Assembly: GCF_902652985.1 (NCBI RefSeq)
Contig: NC_047015.1
Span: 49,786,001-49,850,000 of the forward strand
Direction: 5' to 3'
Length of the DNA: 64,000 nucleotides
DNA from: Pecten maximus
Taxonomy: Eukaryota
Shown here: in pieces, positions 28,581 through 41,860 of the stretch
Layout: every line of letters begins with the position of its first letter
Numbering within the stretch: the stretch's first letter is position 1
Translations under genes and position numbers: made by a program
Notes under the pieces: generated by a model
What the model was told of the DNA's origin: nothing
Databases searched by the model: none
The model's input: only the letters and a program-made list of their open reading frames with translations

Positions 28581-30129
28581 CTAGTAAAGTACTAGCGGAG
28601 GTGAACGGAATCGGGCACAAACAAACTGTTGATAAGATCCACATATACCACTGTTTATATCGATGTTTCTTCACTGAAAGCAAGAACATATTGTAGGGGT
28701 TGAGCAAAAAGCAATAGATGTAGAGTAGTTGTTTGCACGGTTGTCTTTACCGTGACGACCGAAGACTACAGTTTAAGTGCACCGGATAGGATCGTACCGG
28801 AGGGGACATACTCACGAATCATTATCCCTAACACGCTTAAAAACATTGGTATCGCTCTTAATACCTCGGAATTCAAACGTTATATTTCAAGAATTCATTT
28901 GAACTTAAAGAACACATTTTTATATTTAAAGAGAAAAAGTACAACTTATGAACGGCAAGGGACACATCATGCTTGACAAATAGTACTTTTTAACCTTTCA
29001 ATATTTCGTCAGTTATCGAGTACACAAATTGATCCCTATTGAGGTATTGACCGATATACATTTTATATGCATACGTCTTAAAGTTATGGTGGTGATAATT
29101 GAATGCTAATCATTACCAACAGTTTGTTCTTACGATAGAAGCTCCAGCTGAGATATAACATTGTCAGTCCAACTCGAGATTCATAAAACGAGGGAAAAGG
29201 TCAACCTCGCATTAAGTCTCACTCATCGATGATGTTTTTAATTAAAAATGAAATTGATCGATTACGCATACTTTCAATCTAAAAAAAAAAAAAAAAACAA
29301 CACCTGCGTCCTACTATCGAGGTCGCTGTTAATAGATTAAGAGTTTACACATCAGACTCGGCAATCTGATTTAGATAGTATTTTTAAGTACCATCTGACA
29401 GAGACTATATTTAACGTGAAGTTGTGTTCAGCAATGTATATACCATATATACAAAGATAATGTTTATCAATATGTGAATCATCGCATTGTATATGACCTG
29501 TTCTACCAAAGTATGGCCGAGTGAAAATAACATCTCTTTGAAATATCTCATTGGTCAGATAACATTAATAATTAGCCAATCATGAACGTCTAAAAGTAGA
29601 ACCGGAAGGGATTCTTCCGGATTCTACCGCGAATAAAACAGACACAAATTGCATTCTGGTTAATTCACGGTTGGAGTCGCGTGATCTGAAGATACGAACG
29701 AACTCAAAATGGCGGCCACCAGTGCAGAAAGCATAAATTGAGGTAAGGCACTGAGAATACTCATCACATGTATGTTTTTCATAGTTGCGAGCAAATGCTT
29801 TACTATAATCTAGACACATCCTTACCTCATGTGTGTAGGACAAATCTAGTTTTCCGTAACATTCTGACAAAAGTTTCCAATTTCTCTGCATTACCGAGGG
29901 AACACGTACCCGTCCCAAAACTTGCATCTATATTCACATACCAACATAATATCTGACTTTGAAACATTAATCAAAGATTGCCTGTTGAAAATTTATATTG
30001 GCTTACGGAGGATACTTACCTGTTTTGATACATTTTTGCATATACAGTGTATTATCAATACGACTGGACTATTTGCATTTTGTATCTAACGTAACTCCCT
30101 GGTGTTTATTGTTATCAACAAATTCTACA

Positions 30130-31975
30130 TCTGCATTAAAAAAAAATTATATCTATAATATGTTCATTATTTGAAGTTGAAATTATTAAGGCTTTCGCTT
30201 TCAGAGGATTGAAATTCACCAGCCATGTTTCTGCACAATTAAGAATTTTTACTAAGTTGTTATTTAATGAAGTCCAATATCCAAAGGCCATCGACCAGAA
30301 CACAATAATGAAGTATCATCAGCAAATAAAGCGGAAAGACTTGCAAGGTTATCAGATACGTTATTTATATAAAGAATAAAAAGTAAAGGACCCAATACTG
30401 ACCCTTGCGGAACGCCAGCATTAGTAAATTGACGGAAGACCTGCTTTTTACTGCAAAACCCTGTAGTTTCCGGTTACTGATATATCATTTTTTTAACTAT
30501 TTAAAAGGTTTCCCATTTATTCCATAATTTGCGATTTTTTAATATCAGTCCTTTGTGCCACATACGATCGAGAGCTTTGGAGATATCACAAAAAACTAGA
30601 CACGTTTGTTGCATTTTTTCAAACCTTTCACATAAAGTACGATGAATTTCTATCATTTGATGGTCAGCAGAGTATCCCGGTTGGAAACCAGACTTATATT
30701 TATATATAAGTAAATTTTCAAGTAAACAATTATTCAAAAAATTCCTAACTAAGAGGTTAAAAACTTTACTAATGGTACATAGCAATGACTATAATTTGAA
30801 GAAGCATTTTTATCTCCCTTTTTGAATAAAGACATAACTATTGCTATTGTCCAATGTTCTGGAAATGTACCAGTATCCAAAGAGTATCTAAATATTAATG
30901 ACAAAGGTTAGGATACAGAGACTGCAGTATTTTTTAACAAATCGTGGCTAATTACATCATGATCTACAGCGTGTATAAGGATATGTCGGTTATGTCGTTG
31001 AGTAGAAATGGAAACAAAGTAATCATTGAGTAAATTAGCTGTATCGACGTCTGTAATTACAAGATTTACATAATTATTTACAAGGGGTGGTATAGTATTA
31101 GCAGTGTCAGATTTAAAGGGACATTCCTTCGTTCGGACATCAGAAACATGCACGACTTCCATAGATGGAATATATGTCCGAACGATGATTAAATGAGTGT
31201 TTGTGCCTACAAGTAATGAAATTAACGCCGAAATATACAGATAAAAAGACGTATCGTATACAAATACTGTATGTCTTTGCGGTAACTAGTGATACTTCGG
31301 GTCGAACTAAGAATTTTCAAGACTTAATACTCGAAGAACTTTGGTTAATCTTGAGAGTAAAAAAGCCGTAGTAATGTAAAGATTATAACTTTTACTTCTT
31401 GGAAAAAATACTTATTTTCCAGTAAGTTTAATTTTGACGACCAAAACCTTATTCAAACGAAGGAATGCCCCTTTAATTCGCGGACAATTTTCCAACAGTT
31501 TCTGGGATTCGAATCAGCATAGAGGTCTTAAATACCGGTATAGAAATATCCTTAGGTTGTTTTTAGATAATAGATATGATTACGTTGTTTAAAAAAAAAA
31601 AAATAAAAAGAAATCGTCAAGCTTCTTATAGAGCAATTTGATTCAAATATTTTTAAAAGTCTTGTCTCTTTTCCTAATTTCTCGTCGAAGGTCAGAATTA
31701 AACCAGGACTTGTCATTAGGTCGTATTGAAACAGCTAACACTCCCCAGCTATGTTCTATTATTTTCCTGTAAACTAAACACACATGTCGTTTGGGGAGTG
31801 CGCCGTAGAGAACAAATTCGTAATTATCTTTATTATAACATCTTTTGGTTCATTTATACGTCCTGGTAATTACGGTTCCTACAGTCAGTTAAGTCATCAT
31901 CAATGTCAATTACATCAGAAAAGGTAGACGTACATGTGTTGGAGAGTAAAACTGGGTCAAGTAAGGTCCAGCTCG
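30130..31975 (-). mobile_element. Decayed CR1-clade LINE (ORF2 EN-RT remnants), copy 1
   Basis: [58 protein letters not shown] and TLLDP motifs with frameshifts and deletions. Confidence 0.9.
31117..31472. mobile_element. Kolobok-type MITE nested in the LINE
   Basis: TTAA|agggacattccttcg...cgaaggaatgcccct|TTAA. Confidence 0.8.
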
Positions 31976-31998
31976 TGCGTCACATGACGTAATACTAT

Positions 31999-32215
31999 TT
32001 TTAGGTCACATGAGCGAAGCTCAGTGACATTTTCCAATCCGCTTTCGTCCGTCGTCGTGCGTCGCCCGTCGTTTGGTTAAATTTCACATTTTCGACTTCT
32101 TCTCAAAAACCCTGTAAATCCAATGTTTTGAATCAAATACTCTTCATGGACGGAAAGGTATTAAGGTGATTTATCAAAATTGTAAATTGAGCTTTGATCA
32201 GCAGCAAGGCTGACT
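31999..32215 (+). mobile_element. 5' part of a HINE-like element
   Basis: ttttaggtcacatgagcgaagctcagtgac hairpin followed by cgtccgtcgtcgtgcgtcg. Confidence 0.6.
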
Positions 32216-32224
32216 CTTAATAAG

Positions 32225-34680
32225 CGGTTCCTTAATGTACTGCACTAGCATGGTCTATTAATGGTGCATGTAACATATTGTTTTTTCTTTCGCCATAGAA
32301 ATACAAGTTTGGTACCTGGGGTAATTCGTTGTCATGAATGACATTTTTAAAAGCAGAAAATAATGCACTGTGTCTGATATCTAAAGTTAATAGATTCCAC
32401 TGTCTTACTGTAGAGGAAAAGAAGGAAAGGTTAGAGGATTCAAGTCTATTGTTTGGCAAATTCTGGTTTTCAGTATTGCGAAAATTGTGTTGAGAATTAT
32501 TAGCAACAAGAGGAGGGAGTTGGGTGTTTTGATTATTAGGAGTAAGATTGTTGTGTATCTCAAAGAACAATTGGAGTTTTCAATGGTATCGTCTCTTGAT
32601 TAAAGTTTCCCAACCCGTTCCAGTATAAAGTGACTGTCTGCTTGTATAAGAAGGTAGACCAGTGACAGTGACAGTCTCAAATTGTAATTTTTCTAACCTT
32701 TCTGCGTTAGCAATAGAGCAACCGTCCCAAAGTTCACGACAATATTGTTAAACTGGAAGAATAAAGTATCTTTATATTCTATTTAATGTTTTTCTAGTAA
32801 GGATATATTTTGATTTACGAATTCCATCTAATTGTTTTGCGACAGTTTTATTGATGTGTTCTATATGATAGCTCCACTTACAATTTGAATCGATGTATGC
32901 TCCTAGATACTTATGGTAGTTTACAACTTCAATACTTACCTCATTAATATTTATATCCATTACATGATCTAGTTCATTATTAGAGAAGAGCAATGTTTCA
33001 GTTTCTGCATGATTAAATTTAACCAACCACTTCTTAGCCGAAGATTGTGATTTGGAAAGATCATTTTTCATGGTATGTTCAATCAGTTGCGACAATTTAT
33101 CGGAGCATAAAAAAAGATGTATCGCCAGCAAAAAGTTTTGGGAACCTTACTATATTGTCAGTTATACCATTAATACATGTACATATGACGAACGAAAGTG
33201 GGCCAAGGACGTATCTTTGAGGCACCTCGGGATTTGTATATTTTACAGCAGATTTATTTTTTCCAAAACACATGCTGTTCTCTATCAGAAACATAATCCA
33301 CCAACCAGTCTAGCCACTGATATACCATAACTCTAGTTTCACCTTCCAACCCTCTATGACACACTCTGTCGAAAGCATTGGAAATATCACAGAAAACTTG
33401 ACAGGTAGGTTGTTTCATTTCCATATTTTCACATATATTATGGTAAATTTCCATGAGCTGGTGAACAGTGGAATGACCCAGTTGGAAACCCGACTGGTAC
33501 TGATATATACGAAAATTATCTAACAGATAATTGTGTAAATATTTCAATAGTACAAAGTAAAGCAACACGTCTATTATTGGAAGGGTCTTGCTTATCTCCC
33601 TTTTTTAAAAATCGGCATTACCGGAACATGTTTCCATTTTGTGTGGGAGAACTAGCTGCCAAAGAAGTGCGAAAGATTAACGACACAGGATAAACAACTG
33701 AATTAGCAGTGTTTTAAAGCATAATGTAACGTATGATATCATTACCTTACAGCTTTACCATGCTTTAATGTCTTGAGTATGTCAGTGATGTCATTTGTAT
33801 TGAAATGTATGTCAGATATTCTAGAGTCTCTTTTTGATTCAATCATAGGTACTACAGTATCAGTATCCTATGTAGCTGATATAGAAACAAAGTAGTGATT
33901 TAGTATATTTGTCTTAACATCGTCGTCCATTTCTATATTTCCAGTCGCACTCCTCAATGGTGGAATGGAATTTTATGTATCAGATGATTTTATTAATCTG
34001 CGAACAAGTTTTTTAAAGTTTCTAGGATTCATCTCACAGTTATTATCTAAAGGTTCATTAATTTTCGCATTAAAACATTCTTTCTTCCGTTTTTGTAAGT
34101 TGTCGGACTATTTCGTTGTTTTCTAAAGTTGTGAGTTGTAAAATTGTGAGGAGAGCGACTGGATTTTTTGTGAAGTTGTCGGTCCCTTTTCCTAATTTCA
34201 AACGGTTTGTCATTTGGTCTAATGGTTACTAATTTTGAAGGAATACATTCTCTAGCTATTTCTATATATGTGTTGGTAAATATGTTACACATGTCGTCTG
34301 GAGTAGCAGTTATCGAAAATAGTTCATTCCAGTTAGTATCCTCAAGCTTATTATAAAAAAGTTCAAAATTTGCGTCCTTATTACATAAAATGTTCCTTAT
34401 ATACTTCCTAATAATATTTGACCCTATAGTCAGTTCAACAGATTTCGCTTGGTGGTCATATATGTCGTGGTCTATGTCGAAAGTGTCAGCTAATGTTTGG
34501 GTACACGTGTCCGATAGAAAAATAGGGCCAAGGAGTGTACTGCACGTGCGTCCTATTCTTTTCGGTCTGTCTATTACATTGAAGAAGTTAAAGTAGTTCA
34601 TAATATCCATAAGAGAGCGATTAGTGTCTACTGTTAGAAGGTCAACATTTATAATGTACATCATTACAAGACAGTAGGAG
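32225..34680 (-). mobile_element. Decayed CR1-clade LINE ORF2, copy 2
   Basis: EN C-terminus, IPSKLVTIRPNDKP, QSGFQLGHST, VFCDISNAFDRV, HKYLG and C-terminal motifs; many stops. Confidence 0.92.
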
Positions 34681-34729
34681 AAATTGTAATATCATGAGGA
34701 AACCAGAGTTATTGGTTATGCTGGGCAGA

Positions 34730-35155
34730 ACAATATGTAAAGAATAAAATACAGAAGCCAATAAGATCTTAGCAAGTGACCAGTCGTTGTACAGATGTCC
34801 AGTCTTTTTCCCAGACGCTTTATGCTGCAAAGATACTCCGAATGGCTGTGTAGGGGAACCCTCTGCACCCCATGTTTACTGGCATTACCCACAGGCTCCA
34901 TCTTTTTGCTCTCATGTCAACAAGACTGACGTACTCTCTTTTCTGCTCGTAAGCCTCTTGACATCGGTCCTCCCAGGGGACAGTCAGCTCAATCATTACC
35001 ATCCTCATCCCTCGTTGTAATATTGGGTTGGTTTTGACGACCTCTGGAAAAACCAGTCTTTTCCCAAAGTCAACCCACATCTCTCAGCTCAGTTCTGAGC
35101 TCTGTCCAGTAACCCTTCCAGGTTTGCTGTTCTGCTGTCTGACTCTCCAGATCTA
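34730..35155 (-). mobile_element. 3' fragment of an RLE-encoding non-LTR retrotransposon (HERO/R2-like)
   Basis: LVFPEVVKT...MIELTVPWEDRCQEAYEQK...MPVNMGCRGF matches the restriction-like endonuclease motif. Confidence 0.8.
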
Positions 35156-36519
35156 AAATTAATCAAACTTTGTAAACTTTGTAAAACGCTATTTGGTTCC
35201 GTAAGTAATGTAATGAGTATTTAAAGCCACATACTCCCGAAGAAACATATGTCAATGTTTACATTTTTAGCTTTTTACAGTTTTCGGATTTGATACATAC
35301 CTAACAGATTATCGTGAATCAGAAACTGAAATGAAATGTGTATTGATGAAAGTATACGGGGAATTCCCAAAAATATTAACAATAATAGCAATTGTACATT
35401 ATTGTTCTCAGTAAGTAAATTCGCACATCTGACGATTTCCTTTGCCTTTTTCCCTCCAAGTGGCAGAAGACTGCATTTTTTATATGGGGACTAATGTCAG
35501 GCTTTCCTCGTACTTTTGCCATTTTAAATACAATATATATCACTTCCGATTAAATTCGTTTAAAAGAATCTGACTGATACGACTCTCTTCAGAGAAAACG
35601 GACACCGGCTGATTTAATATTTTATTCAAAATAATCACAGGTGTTGATGGGGATGTGCATTTGCAACTATTGAAATAACATTTGATCAGAATATAATTAA
35701 TACTGAATAAAAATCCGCCAAGTATAAAGATCTGCAGACACGCTGTTTTCGTCACCTTGTTTGCATTACATAGGGAGCGGTCATTATTTAAAGCAGAAAT
35801 GGTGATAAATTGACACTTTCCAATTTTACATTTTTTTATTTTTTTTTTCTTTTAAAGATTAATTTTGGCATTACATTGGGCTTAACCTTAGCTTAGGATG
35901 TCGTTCCTCTACAAAATGGTCGAAAACTATTTTTATCTACAAAAGTAAAGAAGTTAGATGGATGTGCGAAATTGCGTTCCCGAACGTCTTCAAGCCTAGA
36001 AATAAACCCAAGTTAACAACAGCTCCCACGCGCACATCAGATTATACACTTGTTTGTTACGACGCATTTATACATCAAGCGATTTAATATATTCTTTGTC
36101 TATTTGAGATGAGTTTGACAGAAATGTATTTAAATACATATCGAAAGTGTGCGAAATAACGAACCCCCACTCTAATTTCAAAGATGGTGTCGTTCCAAAA
36201 GGACAATCATCATCACGTGTATAATTTCTTCTTCTTTGGCTCGTTTGAGAAGGAACACGCGGACTCGGCGGAAACATGTTTTACGTTCATTGTCTGAGTT
36301 TGGAGTGCCAATCTGATCATTACTTTTATCCATGATTGGTCGTAAAGTACTAAGTCAGCACAAAAGGAGTGTCACTATTCAAGACAAAGGAATGTACGCT
36401 TTGAAAAACAAAAGTCTCCCTGTGTCCAATAAATCAATGGCAATTCCATAAAATTGCATCTGTAATATTAAGCAGCATTTCATTGACGGCTTTTATATAA
36501 CGAATAACGAATATAACGA

Positions 36520-37370
36520 ATATACTACACATCACGTAGCTTTGTACGACCCCACAACTATACTAAAGATTTTGGAAACGATTTATGTCATATTGTCATT
36601 TCCAAATGTTCACTGAACAAAAAGAAATTCCAATTGCAGTCATCATAAGGGACTAATCAATAATCAAAAATCATCGCTGTTTTTTGTAACTATCCCTATT
36701 AGTTTCTCAACTTAATTGCTTCGAACTCTTCAAGACCAACGCTTTCCTTTGTTTTTGAAAATGTCATAGAGCTGTAAGTATAAACACAAGATTGTTCAAA
36801 AGCGGATGTCATTAGCGAGTGTCTCCGACAAGGAAGGACAAGCGTTAGGCTGTCTCTCTATATAAATAAAAACTCACGGCGAATCACGCCTCGATACCGA
36901 CTTTTTAACAGTTTACAGAGATTACTTTTAAATAATTGATTTTGTAGCTTAAAGTGCACAACAACTTTTAGTAGTCGTCTTGGTCCGCCATCTTGAAAAG
37001 ACAATTCCTAATCTTCTTGGCCTATGCATCACATTTCGTCCTTGCTTGGATGACACGTCACTTTTTTGGATTTTTACCACCATTTCAATTGTATGAATCC
37101 TGACTGGCTGCATTTTTCTTTTCTTTTCATATTTTCATTATCGTCACGTGTGCGTTTCCCTCAAATTGCGACACGAGACATGTTTGAATATGGAAAGGAT
37201 AACCTTATCCTGTAACATTTTTTTATGTTCATTGCGATACAAAATTGAATTTTAATGACGTATGCTATCTTAATAAAACTGCATAGTTATCATTCTCAAA
37301 TATTGCTTAATATAGCTCAACATTAATTTGCCTTTAAGAAATCACCACTGACTGGAAACAATTTATGTAT
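36520..37370 (+). repeat. Dispersed/local repeat, partner at ~38735-39740 and partial copy at ~27780-28060
   Basis: Colinear shared blocks (aactcacggcgaatcacgcctcgatacc; tagcttaaagtgcacaacaact; ccgccatcttgaaaagac). Confidence 0.85.
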
Positions 37371-37378
37371 TATGAAAT

Positions 37379-37830
37379 GCCCTACCGGTAGATCGTAAGA
37401 GGCGAATACATTTGGGATCTTATCTTTTCTCTTCTTTATAAAAACTTTCTCCTTCCTCTTGTCTTCCTTGACAATGTATCGCTTTTGGCGTTTAGTTCAG
37501 CGTTCACCCCAATGAGGAAGGCTTTGAGTTCTGTCCCCTGGCCGAGAGTCTATATAAATGATAGTTGTTACGCCTACTTAACGCTCGACATATCAGCATT
37601 TCGGGAGTGTGACGAATGGTTTTTCTCGTTGTCATTACAATGTGACCGGGTGAGGTGTCCTGCTGGGTGTCTTCGGCAGCATGCTTCAGTGTGGTAGCAC
37701 TATAAAATCGGCAAAAGTTCCGGACAAACCGAAATCTCCCAAAACACACATGCATGTCGTATGCACGGGAGATCGTCCTTAAATGACCTTAGCTGTTGAT
37801 AGGACGTTAAACAATGACAAACCAAACTAA
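37379..37830 (+). mobile_element. Meta-type SINE (bivalve)
   Basis: aatgtgaccgggtg...gcatgcttcagtg..tagcactataaaa core; the 3' tail ccttaaatgacc...gctgttgataggacgttaaac is shared with the V-type SINEs here. Confidence 0.75.
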
Positions 37831-40065
37831 TTCAAATATTATACAACGTAATGTATTTTGCTTTATTTGATTAATTTCAAAGTTAGGTTCAGTTTGGTCA
37901 AGTCATGTGATAATGTATATGTAAAGGCGTATGTCACTCAGTAGGGCGGATGAACGGGATATCATCGTACAAATCTTTCCTGCTTTTAATGATAATTTTG
38001 CACGGATTTCAATTTAGTTTCGCGAAGATCCCCCAATCATTGCTCCGGTATGAATCAAGTTCTCATCGTGATTCCGTAGTGGACATGGCTTTGATTATAC
38101 CTTGATGAAATCCTCTGTTAGGGACACTCTGTCGGCGTTTCCTTTCAGAGACATTTTAGAATGAAACATAGCATTTTTAATTTTCCAATTACAGAAAATG
38201 ACTCGATACTTTCCCCTCAGGAGGCTTGTTGATTATATGAGACCCTGCATATATCGTCCTCCGAAATGCCGACGATTATTTTGGAACAAATATCAACAAT
38301 TCACTAGTCAGTGTTTTGATCTCTTAGGCAGATAGCAATAATGTTCTTGTTCTTGAACAAATGCTTTCAGATGTTTAACTTTTAATTTTTTTAGTGATTT
38401 GCATGTGCCAGTTATTCTATAGTTAGTCCAATGAAGCTTGGCACTCTAGTCTTTAACAAGATCTATTAAGTCTTGATTGGTTAAGTGTAACGGTCTGATA
38501 AATTCATCCATCATATTGGAATGGATCGATCTGTCTGAGAAGTTTATTCTTTAACGCTACATCACGTTAAAAAAGTGGAATAAGTTTTCAGCTGTGGAAT
38601 CGTGAAACGCACCATGCACTTCGCACACGAATCGTTTGCACAATTTGTTCTATTACATCAACCATGCGGACGATAGCTGTCGGACGCACGCGCCTGTACG
38701 ATGCAATCGTATATACATACGTAGTATCGTGCATACTACACCTCCCGTAACTTTGTGGGATCTCACAAATGTACTAAAGTTACAATACGTTTTATATCGT
38801 ATTGTCATTTCTAAATGTTCACTGAACAAAGATGAAATTCCAATTGCAGTCATCATATGGGACTAATCCATAACCAAAAATCATCACCTCTTTGTAACTG
38901 TCCCTACCAGTTCCTCAACTTGATTGCTTCAAACTCTTAAAGACCAATGCGTACCGGAAACACAATCGCTTTCCTTTGTTTTTGATTTTTTAATACAGCT
39001 ATGAACATAAACACAAGATTGTTCAAAAGCGGATGTCATCAGGGAGTGCTTCTGACAAGGAAGGATAAAACGTTAGGCTATTTCGATCATCCAATATGAA
39101 TAGTAACTCACGGCGAATCACGCCTCGATACCAACTTTTAAACATTTTGCCCGACTTTGCGAAATATTCACCGTTGTCTATGAAATAACAGCAGCTTTAA
39201 ATGGGTTATATAAATTCTAACTGTTTATAGTTATACTCTGTACTTGTCTCGGTCAGAGAGTACTTATAATTGATTTTGTAGCTTAAAGTGCACAACAACT
39301 TTTCGTATTGTTCCGCCATCTTGAAAAGACAATTCCTAATCTTCTTGGCCTATGCATCTCATTTCCACATTGCTTGATATGACACGTCAATGTTTTGTTT
39401 GACGTAGACCACCGTTTCAATTGTATCAATCCTGACTGGCTGCATTTGTCTTTTCTTTTCATAATTGCCTGATCGTTACGCGTGCGTTTTCCTTGAATTG
39501 GGACACGAGACAGGTTTGATTATGGAAAGGATGAACTTATCCTGTAGCATTTTTATGTTGATTGCGATGCAAAATTAGAATTGACTTCCCCTGTAAAATA
39601 ACGAACTGAAAAATGATATTGAAATTTTCATGACGTCTGTAATCTAAATAAAATGGCATAATTGTCATTTCTCTAATATTGTTTAAAATAGCTCATCATT
39701 AATTTGTGTTTAAGAAATCACCACTGACCGGAAACAATGAATGCATTTGAAGGAATGAGATCCGAGAATAGATTTAATCATTCTTCAGAGGAGGAATCGA
39801 GGCGGTACCTAGGATTGGCCTCGCTGATAATTACAAGCTGTAATAGAATACTACTGCTTCCTTTCGCTAACAAAATACGGAATCAAACGAGAGGAACGTA
39901 CTAATTGCGTTAAATATAAGATGTTCTTGTTTGATTTAAACTATTATTCAGAAAAAAAACCAATTAATTATGGCTCAATATGGCTCCAGTAGTTCAATTA
40001 ATTTAACATTTGTTTTGTTCATTTTTCATGAAGAATATATATCAACACAAATGATACCTGTTAAA

Positions 40066-40100
40066 TCGTCGTCGTCGTCGTCGTCGTTGTCATCAGCATC

Positions 40101-40135
<35 letters not shown>

Positions 40136-40201
40136 GTGAGTGTATACGTAAACACTTCATTAAATACAATCCTGACATGTACTAATAAGAAACCTGATTG
40201 T

Positions 40202-40236
<35 letters not shown>

Positions 40237-40264
40237 TATCATCATCATCATCATCATCATCATC
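40066..40264. repeat. Compound microsatellites (TCG)n, (ACA)n and (ATC)n
   Basis: Direct inspection. Confidence 0.95.
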
Positions 40265-41619
40265 AGCCTCGATAACATTTTCATTACACACTAAATCTCA
40301 AACAACATTGCGTTCTCATTAAAATATACAGCAGCAATTTTTATTTCCACATATGCTTGCAATTATCATACAACACATCCTGCACAATGTTCTTTATGAT
40401 ATTCACTTTTATATCATCATTTGGTTTCGAATACAATCTTTATCAACGTATTTGTTAATGTGATTAAAATCTTATCTTGATTTGCGCCCACGTTCCGCAG
40501 ACGTAGTGTATTTCATGCACAGATCAATTTGTAAACAATTTAATTGTGCAATGTTATGTAAACTTCTCTCCTAATCTGATTTCACTTTGATAGTTGTCTC
40601 CAAAACAACAACAATAATGATATCGATTTTTGAATTGCGATCTAACAGCTTTCTCTTGTATATCTTATAAATATAAACCAAAAATGACAACTTCTCCTAT
40701 ACCGTACTCCAGTGGTAATAGACCAATTCAAACTGTTAATTTTAAATATTCTAAACCTTCTAATATGACTGATCTGTACTGAAGTGCTCTGGAATAACCA
40801 TTTATGACAATCGGACAATCAGCCTGTGCATTATTGGAAACAAAAAGTCTCATTTGGATCGGTTTTAGTGCTGCAGCCAGCCTTCAGCTCATTTGCAATA
40901 GAATTAAGCTTTCACTAGCATTTCGTCCGCACTGGTGGTCTTTGTAACTACCGATGGGGAGCTTTACTATACAAAATCAAATCACTGAGTCTCTTGAAGT
41001 AGAAAAAGAAATACCGTCACGCTTGCATTTGACTACAGAACTGATGAGAATGTGTACGATTTTGTCTGACTTTCGAGCGGCATTTTCTACTACCATTTTC
41101 GTAATCTGCAGAACGGTTATTTTCACAAGTTTCGACCAAAGCTACATACATCTAGAACTTTCTAGAGTGGCTGCTTTTATTAAGTAGACAACACAAGATG
41201 CTGCGTCTGATCTACAACAACGGGCGGCGTTTTACGAGACATGTTTTTTAATAATTCACGAAACAGCATATCTCGCCATTCCTTTCAATGAGAATGCAAT
41301 ACCAATTTCGGAATATTCAACATTGAAAGTATTGAACTACAGTTCAGCATTGTTTTTAGTAGAGATAGAACATTGAGATACCTTACATTTCAAATATTTT
41401 ACGATTTTAATTAACCTAAGTGGATTTGCTGTGTTGTCGTTTGTTTATTTCAGCATCCATGGTGTAATGACTGATTACGTGATAAAGTTTAAAACACGAA
41501 AGTCTGTCTCCTGCATCATTATGAATATTACATATTACATGTTGGGTGCAGCGTCAAGCGAAGGAACTGGCACTAGGCGGAGATTACGCCACCTAGTGAG
41601 TAATAAGATTTGTTTCCCC

Positions 41620-41860
41620 TGAACTACGCGCGGCGTGGGCTCAGGAGAAGATCCTGGATAAAGTGGCCAATGAAGCTGAGACCAGGTCCGTCTGGTTACT
41701 CTGCTGTCGTTGTGTCCTTCGGAAAGACAATCTCCCTCTATTGCTTTGGGTAACATACCATAAGTCTCCAGTATGGCGTTCAGTAAGTCAGCCACCAGCT
41801 ACTACAAACAGACTCAACCACATAATGACACTGGTTGTTCATCGGGCAATAAATCTAGCT
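41620..41860 (+). mobile_element. Possible extreme 3' end of a second HERO-like retrotransposon
   Basis: KILDKVANEAETRSVWL resembles the C-terminal AE-x-AS-x-WL motif; short and diverged. Confidence 0.3.

Noticed and set aside
27948-28707. Mucin-like (LPVSNPTRT)n or Cys-rich (LCQCQTLQG)n ORFs
   Set aside because: Translations of a 27-bp minisatellite with frameshifting indels at ~28250-28400 and no supporting splice structure.
40099-40284. Poly-Met/poly-Cys and poly-Ser/Thr ORFs
   Set aside because: Trinucleotide microsatellites.
41570-41600. CTCF-like motif/palindrome cactaggcgg...cgccacctagtg
   Set aside because: A single short match beside a probable retroelement fragment; not supportable alone.
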